Shown here: positions 57,886 to 64,000 of the stretch, one piece after another
Layout: each line of letters starts with the position of its first letter
Numbering within the stretch: the first letter of the stretch is position 1
DNA from: a virus
Direction: 5' to 3' (one strand)
IMG/VR virus record: IMGVR_UViG_3300044632_000653
Length of the DNA stretch: 64,000 nt
Translations under genes and position numbers: made by a program
The notes under the pieces: model-generated
Seen by the model: only the letters and a program-made list of their open reading frames with translations
Databases searched by the model: none
What the model was told of the DNA's origin: nothing

Positions 57886-57922
57886 AAACGAACGAGAGGG
57901 GGAAACCCCTCTCGTTTCTTTT
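57886..57922. terminator. Bidirectional intrinsic terminator between convergent genes
   Basis: AACGAGAGGGG-GAAA-CCCCTCTCGTT flanked by A-rich and T-rich tracts. Confidence 0.85.
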
Positions 57923-57933
57923 ACTCATCTGAC

Positions 57934-58329
57934 TCACCCGAGGTATCTGATGCCGTGAGGAGTCAGCATCTCGGTGCCCTGCATGGCATCGAACAGGTTG
58001 CCACGGGCATGCTTGGCGGGACCCTTGTAGGACGCAGCCCGAAGCACATCCCCCGTTTGCTTGTCGATGAAGGCATACACCGACCGTGAGCCTCGACCTG
58101 CGTCACGGACGATGTCGATGCGGATGTAGCGGCGACCGTCAGACATCTCAAGTTGAGACGAGACGAGCGGGTGAAAGTTCTTGGCGTAGTCCTTGTTCAC
58201 GATGTCCTGTGCCGTCCACAGCCATCGGTCGAGGCGCAGGAGAGCGAGGGACTTGTCTCCCCATACAGCAGGGAGGTTCGTCTTGTGGGTCAGGAGATTG
58301 ACTGCGTTGGTGGCGTTCGTGGTGGTCAT
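57934..58329 (-). CDS. Conserved phage hypothetical protein
   Basis: GRRYIRI...SVYAFIDK.TGDV..AAS.K.PAKHARGNL motif, recalled from many phage genomes. Confidence 0.8.
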   Translation of the reverse strand: MTTTNATNAVNLLTHKTNLPAVWGDKSLALLRLDRWLWTAQDIVNKDYAKNFHPLVSSQLEMSDGRRYIRIDIVRDAGRGSRSVYAFIDKQTGDVLRAASYKGPAKHARGNLFDAMQGTEMLTPHGIRYLG

Positions 58330-58339
58330 GGTGGGTCCT

Positions 58340-58465
58340 TTAGTTGATCATGCAGATGACCGTCTTCGGGATGTTCGTGGTGATTCGGATCCGAGGCGGC
58401 AGGAAGATAGCCGTCAGGGTGGTGAGGGCGGCGAGGGCGAGGACGAGGGCTGTGCGGGTTGTCAT
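58340..58465 (-). CDS. Small hydrophobic protein (41 aa)
   Basis: SD AGGAGGT; MTTRTALVLALAALTTLTAIFLPP...; below the ORF-track size cutoff. Confidence 0.55.
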   Translation of the reverse strand: MTTRTALVLALAALTTLTAIFLPPRIRITTNIPKTVICMIN

Positions 58466-58505
58466 ATCTGTACCTCCTACACCCGAATCCTATCATATCT
58501 TTTGG

Positions 58506-58547
58506 AAAAAGCAAGACCCCCGCCGTACCGCTCGGCGGGGGTGCTGC
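58506..58547 (-). terminator. Intrinsic terminator
   Basis: ACCCCCGCCG-loop-CGGCGGGGGT then CTTGCTTTTT on the minus strand. Confidence 0.75.
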
Positions 58548-58566
58548 AAGAAGAGGACAGGTTTGG

Positions 58567-58920
58567 TTATCGGCGGGTGCCGCTTGAGACCTCGGCGAGG
58601 GCTCGGACGCAGGAAAGCATCCCGTGTCTGAAGACCAAGTCAGCCATGCCCGACATGAGTTCGCTCTCGACCTCGGTGCGCTCGGTGATGCGGATGTAGT
58701 TGTTCCTGCCCGTGCGACCCCAATCGATCTTGTACTTCGCACCGAGACCGCTCGGGCTCTCTGCCCAAGTCTTGAAGGTCGGCGGCGAGATCTGCGGACA
58801 GAACCTTCCCCGAACCTCGGAGGCATTGAGCCTCTCGTTGGTCAGAGCCTTTGCCACCCCGTTCCAATCGATGTCATCGATCCTCGTCGGCGCACTCTTC
58901 GTCTTCTTTTGCCTTGCCAT
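58567..58920 (-). CDS. Putative DNA-binding protein
   Basis: Basic N-terminus, HTH-like core; SD AAGGAG; palindromic operator upstream. Confidence 0.55.
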   Translation of the reverse strand: MARQKKTKSAPTRIDDIDWNGVAKALTNERLNASEVRGRFCPQISPPTFKTWAESPSGLGAKYKIDWGRTGRNNYIRITERTEVESELMSGMADLVFRHGMLSCVRALAEVSSGTRR

Positions 58921-58956
58921 GTCGTGATTCTCCTTTCGCATCATTGCGATGTCCGT

Positions 58957-59002
58957 ACTCTAACGGATATGTTCATATCTATCAACAATATTGTTGATAG
59001 AT
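58957..59002 (-). promoter_or_regulatory. Promoter TTGATA-N17-TAGAGT whose -35 lies inside a 26-bp perfect palindrome
   Basis: ATCTATCAACAATATTGTTGATAGAT at 58977-59002. Confidence 0.7.
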
Positions 59003-59011
59003 TTTGCAAAA

Positions 59012-59452
59012 TCACGAAGACAGTTGGGCGGGAGTGATTGCGACCTTGGGGAGCCTGTCGGGTTGCCACCCCTTGGCGATGGCATCTCCCCATAGGATGC
59101 GGCAGAAGTCCTTGGTAGCCCACCACGACTTGCCCACCGTGAAGTGCAGGGTTGTCCTCGTTCCTGATGGGGAGAAAACATCGAAAGTTTGGACCGAATC
59201 CATGCGGGGATCGTCGGTCTCAAGTGCGACCGACACCATGCTGCTGCGTCCCTTGATCGGGTTCTGCGGGTCGATGTGCGGGATGCGGAACACCAACTTG
59301 ATCGGAGACAGGAGATCGGGTCCTCTGAGAATGTGTATCTCGGGATCGACCACCAACCTGTCGAGGACGCTGTCCACCATTTCGGCGACTGCGATCTTCT
59401 TGTCGAGGTCGGATTCGGATGCTTGGGTTGGGGTTGCTTCGGATTGATTCAT
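59012..59452 (-). CDS. Hypothetical early protein (probably leaderless)
   Basis: TTGACA-N17-TATCTT at 59459-59487 ends 6 nt before the ATG. Confidence 0.65.
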   Translation of the reverse strand: MNQSEATPTQASESDLDKKIAVAEMVDSVLDRLVVDPEIHILRGPDLLSPIKLVFRIPHIDPQNPIKGRSSMVSVALETDDPRMDSVQTFDVFSPSGTRTTLHFTVGKSWWATKDFCRILWGDAIAKGWQPDRLPKVAITPAQLSS

Positions 59453-59502
59453 GGGATGAAGATACGATAAGAAACCGTTCCTGTCAATCAAAAATCTGCA
59501 AC

Positions 59503-59835
59503 TTATTCAAGACCGAGTTCACGGTCGAGTTTGGCGATCCGCTTCATCGCCTCCTGCGCTTCCTTGCGGAACGGCACCTTCGCCCTACGCTTGTCCCATG
59601 TGTCTGGATGCTGACTCTTGAACACGCCTTCGATCCATGAAAGCGGGAACTGTTGTTCGATGTCCCTCGTCTGATCGGGATTCTCCTCGTCGGGAATCTC
59701 GCCGTAGAGCCAACAGTCATTCTTCTCGGGAACGAGAACTCGTATCTCGTAGATGCCGCTGTCCTCGCCGTCTTCGATGTAGACCTTGTCGCCGTGCCTG
59801 AGTCTTGTGGTGGTTCGGGGTTTCTTTGCCATCAT
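59503..59835 (-). CDS. Hypothetical protein (possible SH3/KOW-like fold)
   Basis: Coupled operon member. Confidence 0.6.
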   Translation of the reverse strand: MMAKKPRTTTRLRHGDKVYIEDGEDSGIYEIRVLVPEKNDCWLYGEIPDEENPDQTRDIEQQFPLSWIEGVFKSQHPDTWDKRRAKVPFRKEAQEAMKRIAKLDRELGLE

Positions 59836-60209
59836 TCACCGTCCGTTCTGCGGAAACGCTCGTTGTTCTCGTCCGCTTCTTGCTTGTCGCAGCCCCGCCA
59901 CGACTTCCCTTGGAGGGCGATGTAGGACTCCTCAACGATTTGGGACAAGCCCTTGACGCTACCCCTGCCCGTGTTCGGGTTGTAGTAGCCGTCCCAATCC
60001 ATGAGCATGAACGATGCGGTGATCGTGTTTCGGTGAAGGGATTCGATGTAGTCCCTCACGGTTTTGATGTCACGGAGACGCTTGTCCACGGAAGTCAGCG
60101 GTCCCTGATTTCCATGGAGACCCTGCTTCTTCGTCCATCGTTCGATGCGGTCGATGGCGAGGGATGCGTCGTTGCTGTTCGGGGGATCCTTCTTGGGGGC
60201 GAACTTCAT
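59832..60209 (-). CDS. Hypothetical protein
   Basis: ATGA-coupled operon member. Confidence 0.6.
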   Translation of the reverse strand: MKFAPKKDPPNSNDASLAIDRIERWTKKQGLHGNQGPLTSVDKRLRDIKTVRDYIESLHRNTITASFMLMDWDGYYNPNTGRGSVKGLSQIVEESYIALQGKSWRGCDKQEADENNERFRRTDGE

Positions 60210-60577
60210 GGCTCTTCTCCTTCGTCCAAGAGTCCCTTCATCTTGGAGACGATCTTGGTGAGACGCTCGACCTCGGTGGTCAACTTCACATTCAACGCAC
60301 CGACAGGCTCACAGGTCGTGCAGCAACCCTCGTAGCCTTCCTTGAACTGATCGATCTTCTTTTCCAAGTCGTAGATCATGTATGCCATATGGGTGAACAC
60401 TTCGCTCTCGTCCTTCAGCACACTCTTGAGACGAGAGACCTCCTCCTCAAGAAGAGCGTTCTGTTCCTTGAGGGAGTCGATGGTCTTGTCCTTCAGCACG
60501 ATGGCGGTGATCCCGATTCGGGTCGCTTCCTCGACCATCCGCAGTTGGTCGATGGCTTCTTTCGTTGGTTCGTTCAC
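60206..60577 (-). CDS. Coiled-coil protein with CCxxC motif
   Basis: GYEGCCTTCEPVG; GTGA coupling. Confidence 0.6.
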   Translation of the reverse strand: MNEPTKEAIDQLRMVEEATRIGITAIVLKDKTIDSLKEQNALLEEEVSRLKSVLKDESEVFTHMAYMIYDLEKKIDQFKEGYEGCCTTCEPVGALNVKLTTEVERLTKIVSKMKGLLDEGEEP

Positions 60578-60957
60578 TTGCCGTCCTCCTCGTAGCAATT
60601 CCATCCTCTTTCCGCAGCGATCTGTTGTTCGGTGTCGATGCTTTCGTTAGCAATTTGCCGACAATACATTCGCCTCGCCTCGTTACGCTCTGCGGTCAGG
60701 CGTTCGATCTCCGCTTCAAGATTCTCGGCTCCGATTCGATAATCCTCCTGTTCGGAGAGCAGAGTTCGTTCCCGTGACAATGCGTTGTCCAGTTCTCCGA
60801 TTGTCCCCTCTAACCGAAACATGAGATCCTCAATCTCGTCTGCGGCTTCTACGAGGAGCCTGTGTGTCGGTGGTGTACCGAACAGGCGAAGATAGTTCGC
60901 AGCATCCTTGACTTCCACAAGCAGATCCTTGGGATCCTTGAACTTGATCTCGCTCAC
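60574..60957 (-). CDS. Coiled-coil hypothetical phage protein
   Basis: EAADEIE..., ERNEARR..C...RGWNC motifs. Confidence 0.65.
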   Translation of the reverse strand: MSEIKFKDPKDLLVEVKDAANYLRLFGTPPTHRLLVEAADEIEDLMFRLEGTIGELDNALSRERTLLSEQEDYRIGAENLEAEIERLTAERNEARRMYCRQIANESIDTEQQIAAERGWNCYEEDGK

Positions 60958-61085
60958 TTGGTGTCCTTTCCGTCTTCAAGTCGCTCTTCGATCTCGTCTA
61001 GCATGAGTTCAAGCCTTCCCAAGTACCATCCGAGGAGGAACGAGCATCCTGCAACCATAAGCACGACGGCAACGAGTACCGTCAT
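60954..61085 (-). CDS. Small single-TM protein (43 aa)
   Basis: MTVLVAVVLMVAGCSFLLGWYLGR...; fills the gap with overlaps at both ends. Confidence 0.55.
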   Translation of the reverse strand: MTVLVAVVLMVAGCSFLLGWYLGRLELMLDEIEERLEDGKDTK

Positions 61086-61531
61086 CGCTTCCCCGCTTCA
61101 AGGATGGGGAGCCCTGCCTCGGTGGGCACATAGATCACGCTGTTGGAGCCTGACTCCAAGTTCTTGATCCATTGCCACCTCAAGTACGCCTCGTTGTCCT
61201 TGAGGCTTTGTCCGATGATGGCGTTGGCTTCAGCCACGCCTTTCGCTCTCTCAACCTCGGCGGCGGCGAGTGCCTTCGCCGACTGTAGTTCCGCTTCGGC
61301 TTCCAAGATGGAGATGCGCCGATTCTGCTCGGCTTGTGCGTACTCGGCTTCGCCCCGCATCTGTGCAGCCCAAACATCGTAGCGGGGCTTGATGTAGGCG
61401 CAGCCGCCGATGCCGCCGCCGAGGACGATCAGGACGATCAGCACCCAAATGCCGATTCCCAACACGCTCCCGTAGTCAAACTTGTTCCTGACCTTTGAGT
61501 TGTCCTGATTGTTGCTTCCATAGTATGACAT
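61082..61531 (-). CDS. Membrane-anchored SPFH/prohibitin-like coiled-coil protein
   Basis: TM helix; P.Y.VW.....G.A..A.A..R.I...EA.A, A.G.A.AN.I...SL....YL.W.WI, IYVPTEA.LPILEA. Confidence 0.8.
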   Translation of the reverse strand: MSYYGSNNQDNSKVRNKFDYGSVLGIGIWVLIVLIVLGGGIGGCAYIKPRYDVWAAQMRGEAEYAQAEQNRRISILEAEAELQSAKALAAAEVERAKGVAEANAIIGQSLKDNEAYLRWQWIKNLESGSNSVIYVPTEAGLPILEAGKR

Positions 61532-61535
61532 GGCT

Positions 61536-62033
61536 TCAGTTTCCCATTCCTAGTAGGCGAAGTAGTCGCCACTTTTCCTGATCGATGATCTGACGAATTC
61601 TTGTTGAGGAGACACCGAGGGTCTTTGCGGCGCATGTCTGCGTCCTGCCTTCATAGAGGCATTGGCAGATGACCCTGAAGTCTTTGTGACCGATCCTGTC
61701 GAAGTTGATTTCCTCTTGGTATTCCTGCTCATGGTAAGTGGTTGACTGAAACACAAGCGATTCAGGGCTCTTGAACTCTACCTTTACTCGTTCCTTGTTT
61801 CTTCCATACCAATTACGCATGTCTTCGATCACCAAGAACTTCGCCCTGCGTGAGGTGTATTCGTGAGACATGCCACGCTCCTCATGGTAAAGCCATGCCT
61901 CCGTGGCATACTCCCGTGCTGTCTTGCCGTTGAATGTCTTCTTTCCACCTCTACCCAAGACCTTCGCCGCCGCACTAGCAGCCCTGCCGATGATTTCATT
62001 CGGATCTTGAGTCAGATCCTGATCAATACTCAT
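61536..62033 (-). CDS. Sigma-like protein with FliA-type region-4 HTH
   Basis: RAKFLVIEDMR (region 2-like); YEGRTQTCAAKTLGVSSTRIRQI. Confidence 0.6.
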   Translation of the reverse strand: MSIDQDLTQDPNEIIGRAASAAAKVLGRGGKKTFNGKTAREYATEAWLYHEERGMSHEYTSRRAKFLVIEDMRNWYGRNKERVKVEFKSPESLVFQSTTYHEQEYQEEINFDRIGHKDFRVICQCLYEGRTQTCAAKTLGVSSTRIRQIIDQEKWRLLRLLGMGN

Positions 62034-62057
62034 GTAAAGCGACCTCCGAGGTTAGGA

Positions 62058-62084
62058 GTATCGACCTGATTTCGCCATCTTTCA
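62058..62084 (-). promoter_or_regulatory. Sigma28-like promoter TGAA-N15-GTCGATAC upstream of the sigma-like gene
   Basis: 15-nt spacer; SD GGAGGT follows. Confidence 0.45.
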
Positions 62085-62119
62085 GCGTAGGTCGAGACTA
62101 TTCTCGGAGGTCGTTCTGT

Positions 62120-62395
62120 TCAGAGGGTCTGCTTGAACACGCCGACGAAGTCGCCACGGTGGTGGCTGTTGACGAGCCAATCCTTCTTGTACCTGTGGAT
62201 GAAGGCGATCACATCCTCACGGCTGACCTTCTTCTGATCTAACAGGTAGAACTCCCTTGCCATGTGCGGGGCATCGGCAGATCCATACTTTCTCGCCTCC
62301 CGAAGGATGCCGTGGGCGATGTCGATGATCAACTGATCCTTCTCGCCCTCGGTGAGTTCGTGCGGGAGTTTCGGTGGCTTGTAAGACACGATCAT
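62120..62395 (-). CDS. Hypothetical protein
   Basis: SD AAGGAG. Confidence 0.6.
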   Translation of the reverse strand: MIVSYKPPKLPHELTEGEKDQLIIDIAHGILREARKYGSADAPHMAREFYLLDQKKVSREDVIAFIHRYKKDWLVNSHHRGDFVGVFKQTL

Positions 62396-62412
62396 GTCCG
62401 CTCCTTGTTGGT

Positions 62413-62907
62413 TCAGAGGGTCTGCCCGAACTGCTGAACCCAACGGGTCTTGCTGTCGAGGGACAGGATGTACTGCTTGTTCGCCTTGATGAAGGCGATC
62501 AGCGCAGCCTTCGTCTCGGTCCACCGCTCACGGCGGTCGGTGATGTCGAGGGTGTACAACTCGTAGGCGAGGTCGGGCGTGTTCGCATCACGGGTGTCCT
62601 TGGCGTTCCGCAGGACCTCGTAGGCGATGTTGAAGAGGAGGACGGGCTCGTTCACCACGGGCGGCTTCGCCACGGTCGGGGTGACGGTCGGCGCAGTCTT
62701 CTTCTTGGCGAAGAGACGGACGGGCGGCTCGTAGGGCTCGGCAGGAACGACCTCGGTGTACCGCTCGGTGGTCGGGGTCAGCCGTCCCACGGGGCGGGAA
62801 GTCTGCGGCTGCGGCTCGGGCTGCGCCGAGGTTCGGGAGCGGAGACCCTCCTCAAGGTTACGGGCGGTGAGGGATGCGGCGGGTGCAGCGGTGTTCTTGT
62901 TGCTCAT
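62413..62907 (-). CDS. Hypothetical early protein with Pro/Thr-rich N-terminal half
   Basis: SD AGGAG; promoter TTGACA-N17-TATCTT at 62965-62993. Confidence 0.65.
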   Translation of the reverse strand: MSNKNTAAPAASLTARNLEEGLRSRTSAQPEPQPQTSRPVGRLTPTTERYTEVVPAEPYEPPVRLFAKKKTAPTVTPTVAKPPVVNEPVLLFNIAYEVLRNAKDTRDANTPDLAYELYTLDITDRRERWTETKAALIAFIKANKQYILSLDSKTRWVQQFGQTL

Positions 62908-62989
62908 GGTGTGTGTCTCCTGTGTTCCTCTTGCTTGCGTTTCGTGGGTTGATCCCACACGGCAAAGATACCTTTTCTTTGATGGTGTG

Positions 62990-63517
62990 TCAAGCCCCCG
63001 TGACAACTTTCACGGCGGCGACATTCACCTTGGCGAGGACATTCTTGATGTCCTTCGCCAACTGCTGCTTGGTTCGGGCGGAAGCCTCCAACCCATCGAA
63101 GTACCGCTTCGTCCACTTGGTGTGGGTCTCGGCGTTGTCCCGTTGGCGGCTTGCGGCAGCGAGGAGCGAGTCGGCTTCGGCAATGAGAGCCTCGGCGTAG
63201 GCGGCGGCGTTAGCGGTGCCGACCATGTTGACCCAATAGCGGAGGCAAGCCTCCCGCCACTCACGGTTCCACAGTTCCCGTTGGAGGTAGTGGTCCTGCT
63301 TGACGAACTTGTCAACCCATGCCTTCTGCTTCACGGACCATCGTCCGACCTGACGCAGGAGGGAGGCGGCGAACTCGTTGCCTCGGTTCGCCCGTCTCTT
63401 GAGGGAGCAGGTCGCCGTAGCCTCGTAGGAGGTGTCAATCCCATGATCGGCTAGGGTCCCCGTAAACCTCGGGGCGGGGAGGACTTTGAGGATGTCGGTG
63501 TTCACGGTCGGAGTCAC
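62990..63517 (-). CDS. Hypothetical early protein
   Basis: SD AAGGAG before GTG; promoter TTGACA-N17-TATCTT at 63537-63565; FA.SL..Q...WS.KQ.AW motif. Confidence 0.65.
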   Translation of the reverse strand: MTPTVNTDILKVLPAPRFTGTLADHGIDTSYEATATCSLKRRANRGNEFAASLLRQVGRWSVKQKAWVDKFVKQDHYLQRELWNREWREACLRYWVNMVGTANAAAYAEALIAEADSLLAAASRQRDNAETHTKWTKRYFDGLEASARTKQQLAKDIKNVLAKVNVAAVKVVTGA

Positions 63518-63577
63518 GGTGTTCTCCTTCACAAGAAAGATACGATACCAAACCTCCCGTGTCAAGACCAATCATGC

Positions 63578-63634
63578 AAAAACGAACTCGGCTCGGGACA
63601 AGTCACCGAGCCGAGGTCGCATGGGGGAAAAGAT
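63578..63634 (-). ncRNA. Candidate small RNA B (about 57 nt; seed ATCTTTTCCCCCATGCG plus terminator)
   Basis: Own promoter TTGACA-N17-TAATCT at 63641-63669; hairpin CTCGGCTCGG..CCGAGCCGAG then T5; no ORF. Confidence 0.6.
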
Positions 63635-63689
63635 GCAGGAAGATTACGAACCCTTTGATCCCCTGTCAAGAGGGTCCGTGGAATTTTCG

Positions 63690-63878
63690 TCATTTCGCTT
63701 GATCAGCCCGAATCACCTTGACCGACAGACGCTCGACCTTCAGTTGAGCCGCTTGGAGGAGTGGAGTGACCAAGATCGTCTCATAGACGGAGAGGGTCTT
63801 GAGACGCTCCATGAGCCTGTTGCGGTCGGCGACGGCGTTGTCGAGTTGCTGCTTGATGTTCAGTTCGTCGTTCGGCAT
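63690..63878 (-). CDS. Small coiled-coil early protein
   Basis: SD AAGGGG; promoter TTGACC-N17-TATTCT at 63898-63926. Confidence 0.6.
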   Translation of the reverse strand: MPNDELNIKQQLDNAVADRNRLMERLKTLSVYETILVTPLLQAAQLKVERLSVKVIRADQAK

Positions 63879-64000
63879 GGCTTCCCCTTTCAGCACAAGA
63901 ATAGCGGACGGAAGGCGGCAGGTCAAGGGGCTTCTTCTACATACCTGCATGTTGACGCTCAAGCACCCGTTGGAGGTCGGCTCGGTCCTTCAGTCGATCA

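Noticed and set aside
63578-63634. sRNA B as a solitary CRISPR-repeat mimic (RNA anti-CRISPR)
   Set aside because: Only a weak TTCCCC resemblance to type I-E repeats, without the repeat's internal palindrome; not supportable without a search
1-64000. CRISPR array, rRNA, integrase or transposase
   Set aside because: No regularly spaced direct repeats or such motifs seen
1-64000. Stop-codon reassignment
   Set aside because: Core genes are full length in the standard code, and TAA, TAG and TGA all end genes

Overview
This window is part of a large, GC-rich T4-like myovirus genome with a cyanophage-like ('exo-T-even') gene order. Bases 1-47.0 kb are an almost continuous virion morphogenesis module: gp54/gp2/gp4 on the minus strand, then gp48, gp53, hub, gp5, PAAR, gp25, gp6, gp7, gp8, a VrlC-like protein, two collar-domain fibres flanking a GT2-TPR glycosyltransferase, gp13-gp20, prohead core genes, gp21-gp23 and two gp3-like genes. 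Bases 47-64 kb are an accessory region, mostly on the minus strand, with gmd/fcl (GDP-fucose synthesis), two sigma-like proteins, an HTH regulator, a dockerin-like protein, a PD-(D/E)xK nuclease with a capsid-targeting-like leader, and small early genes. The dockerin-like repeat and the HTH family suggest a Planctomycetota (Phycisphaerae-like) host; this is inference. Main hypotheses: (1) a phage-encoded virion glycosylation system (GT2-TPR + gmd/fcl + a G-x-T-[AG] motif repeated through the exposed structural proteins); (2) near-absence of several 4-bp palindromes alongside a probably head-packaged nuclease; (3) a head polyprotein of modules joined by repeated DIQE cleavage linkers; (4) three promoter classes, many leaderless late genes and two small RNAs sharing a seed. 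All annotation is by eye, from motif recognition and synteny; no database searches or k-mer counts were run.
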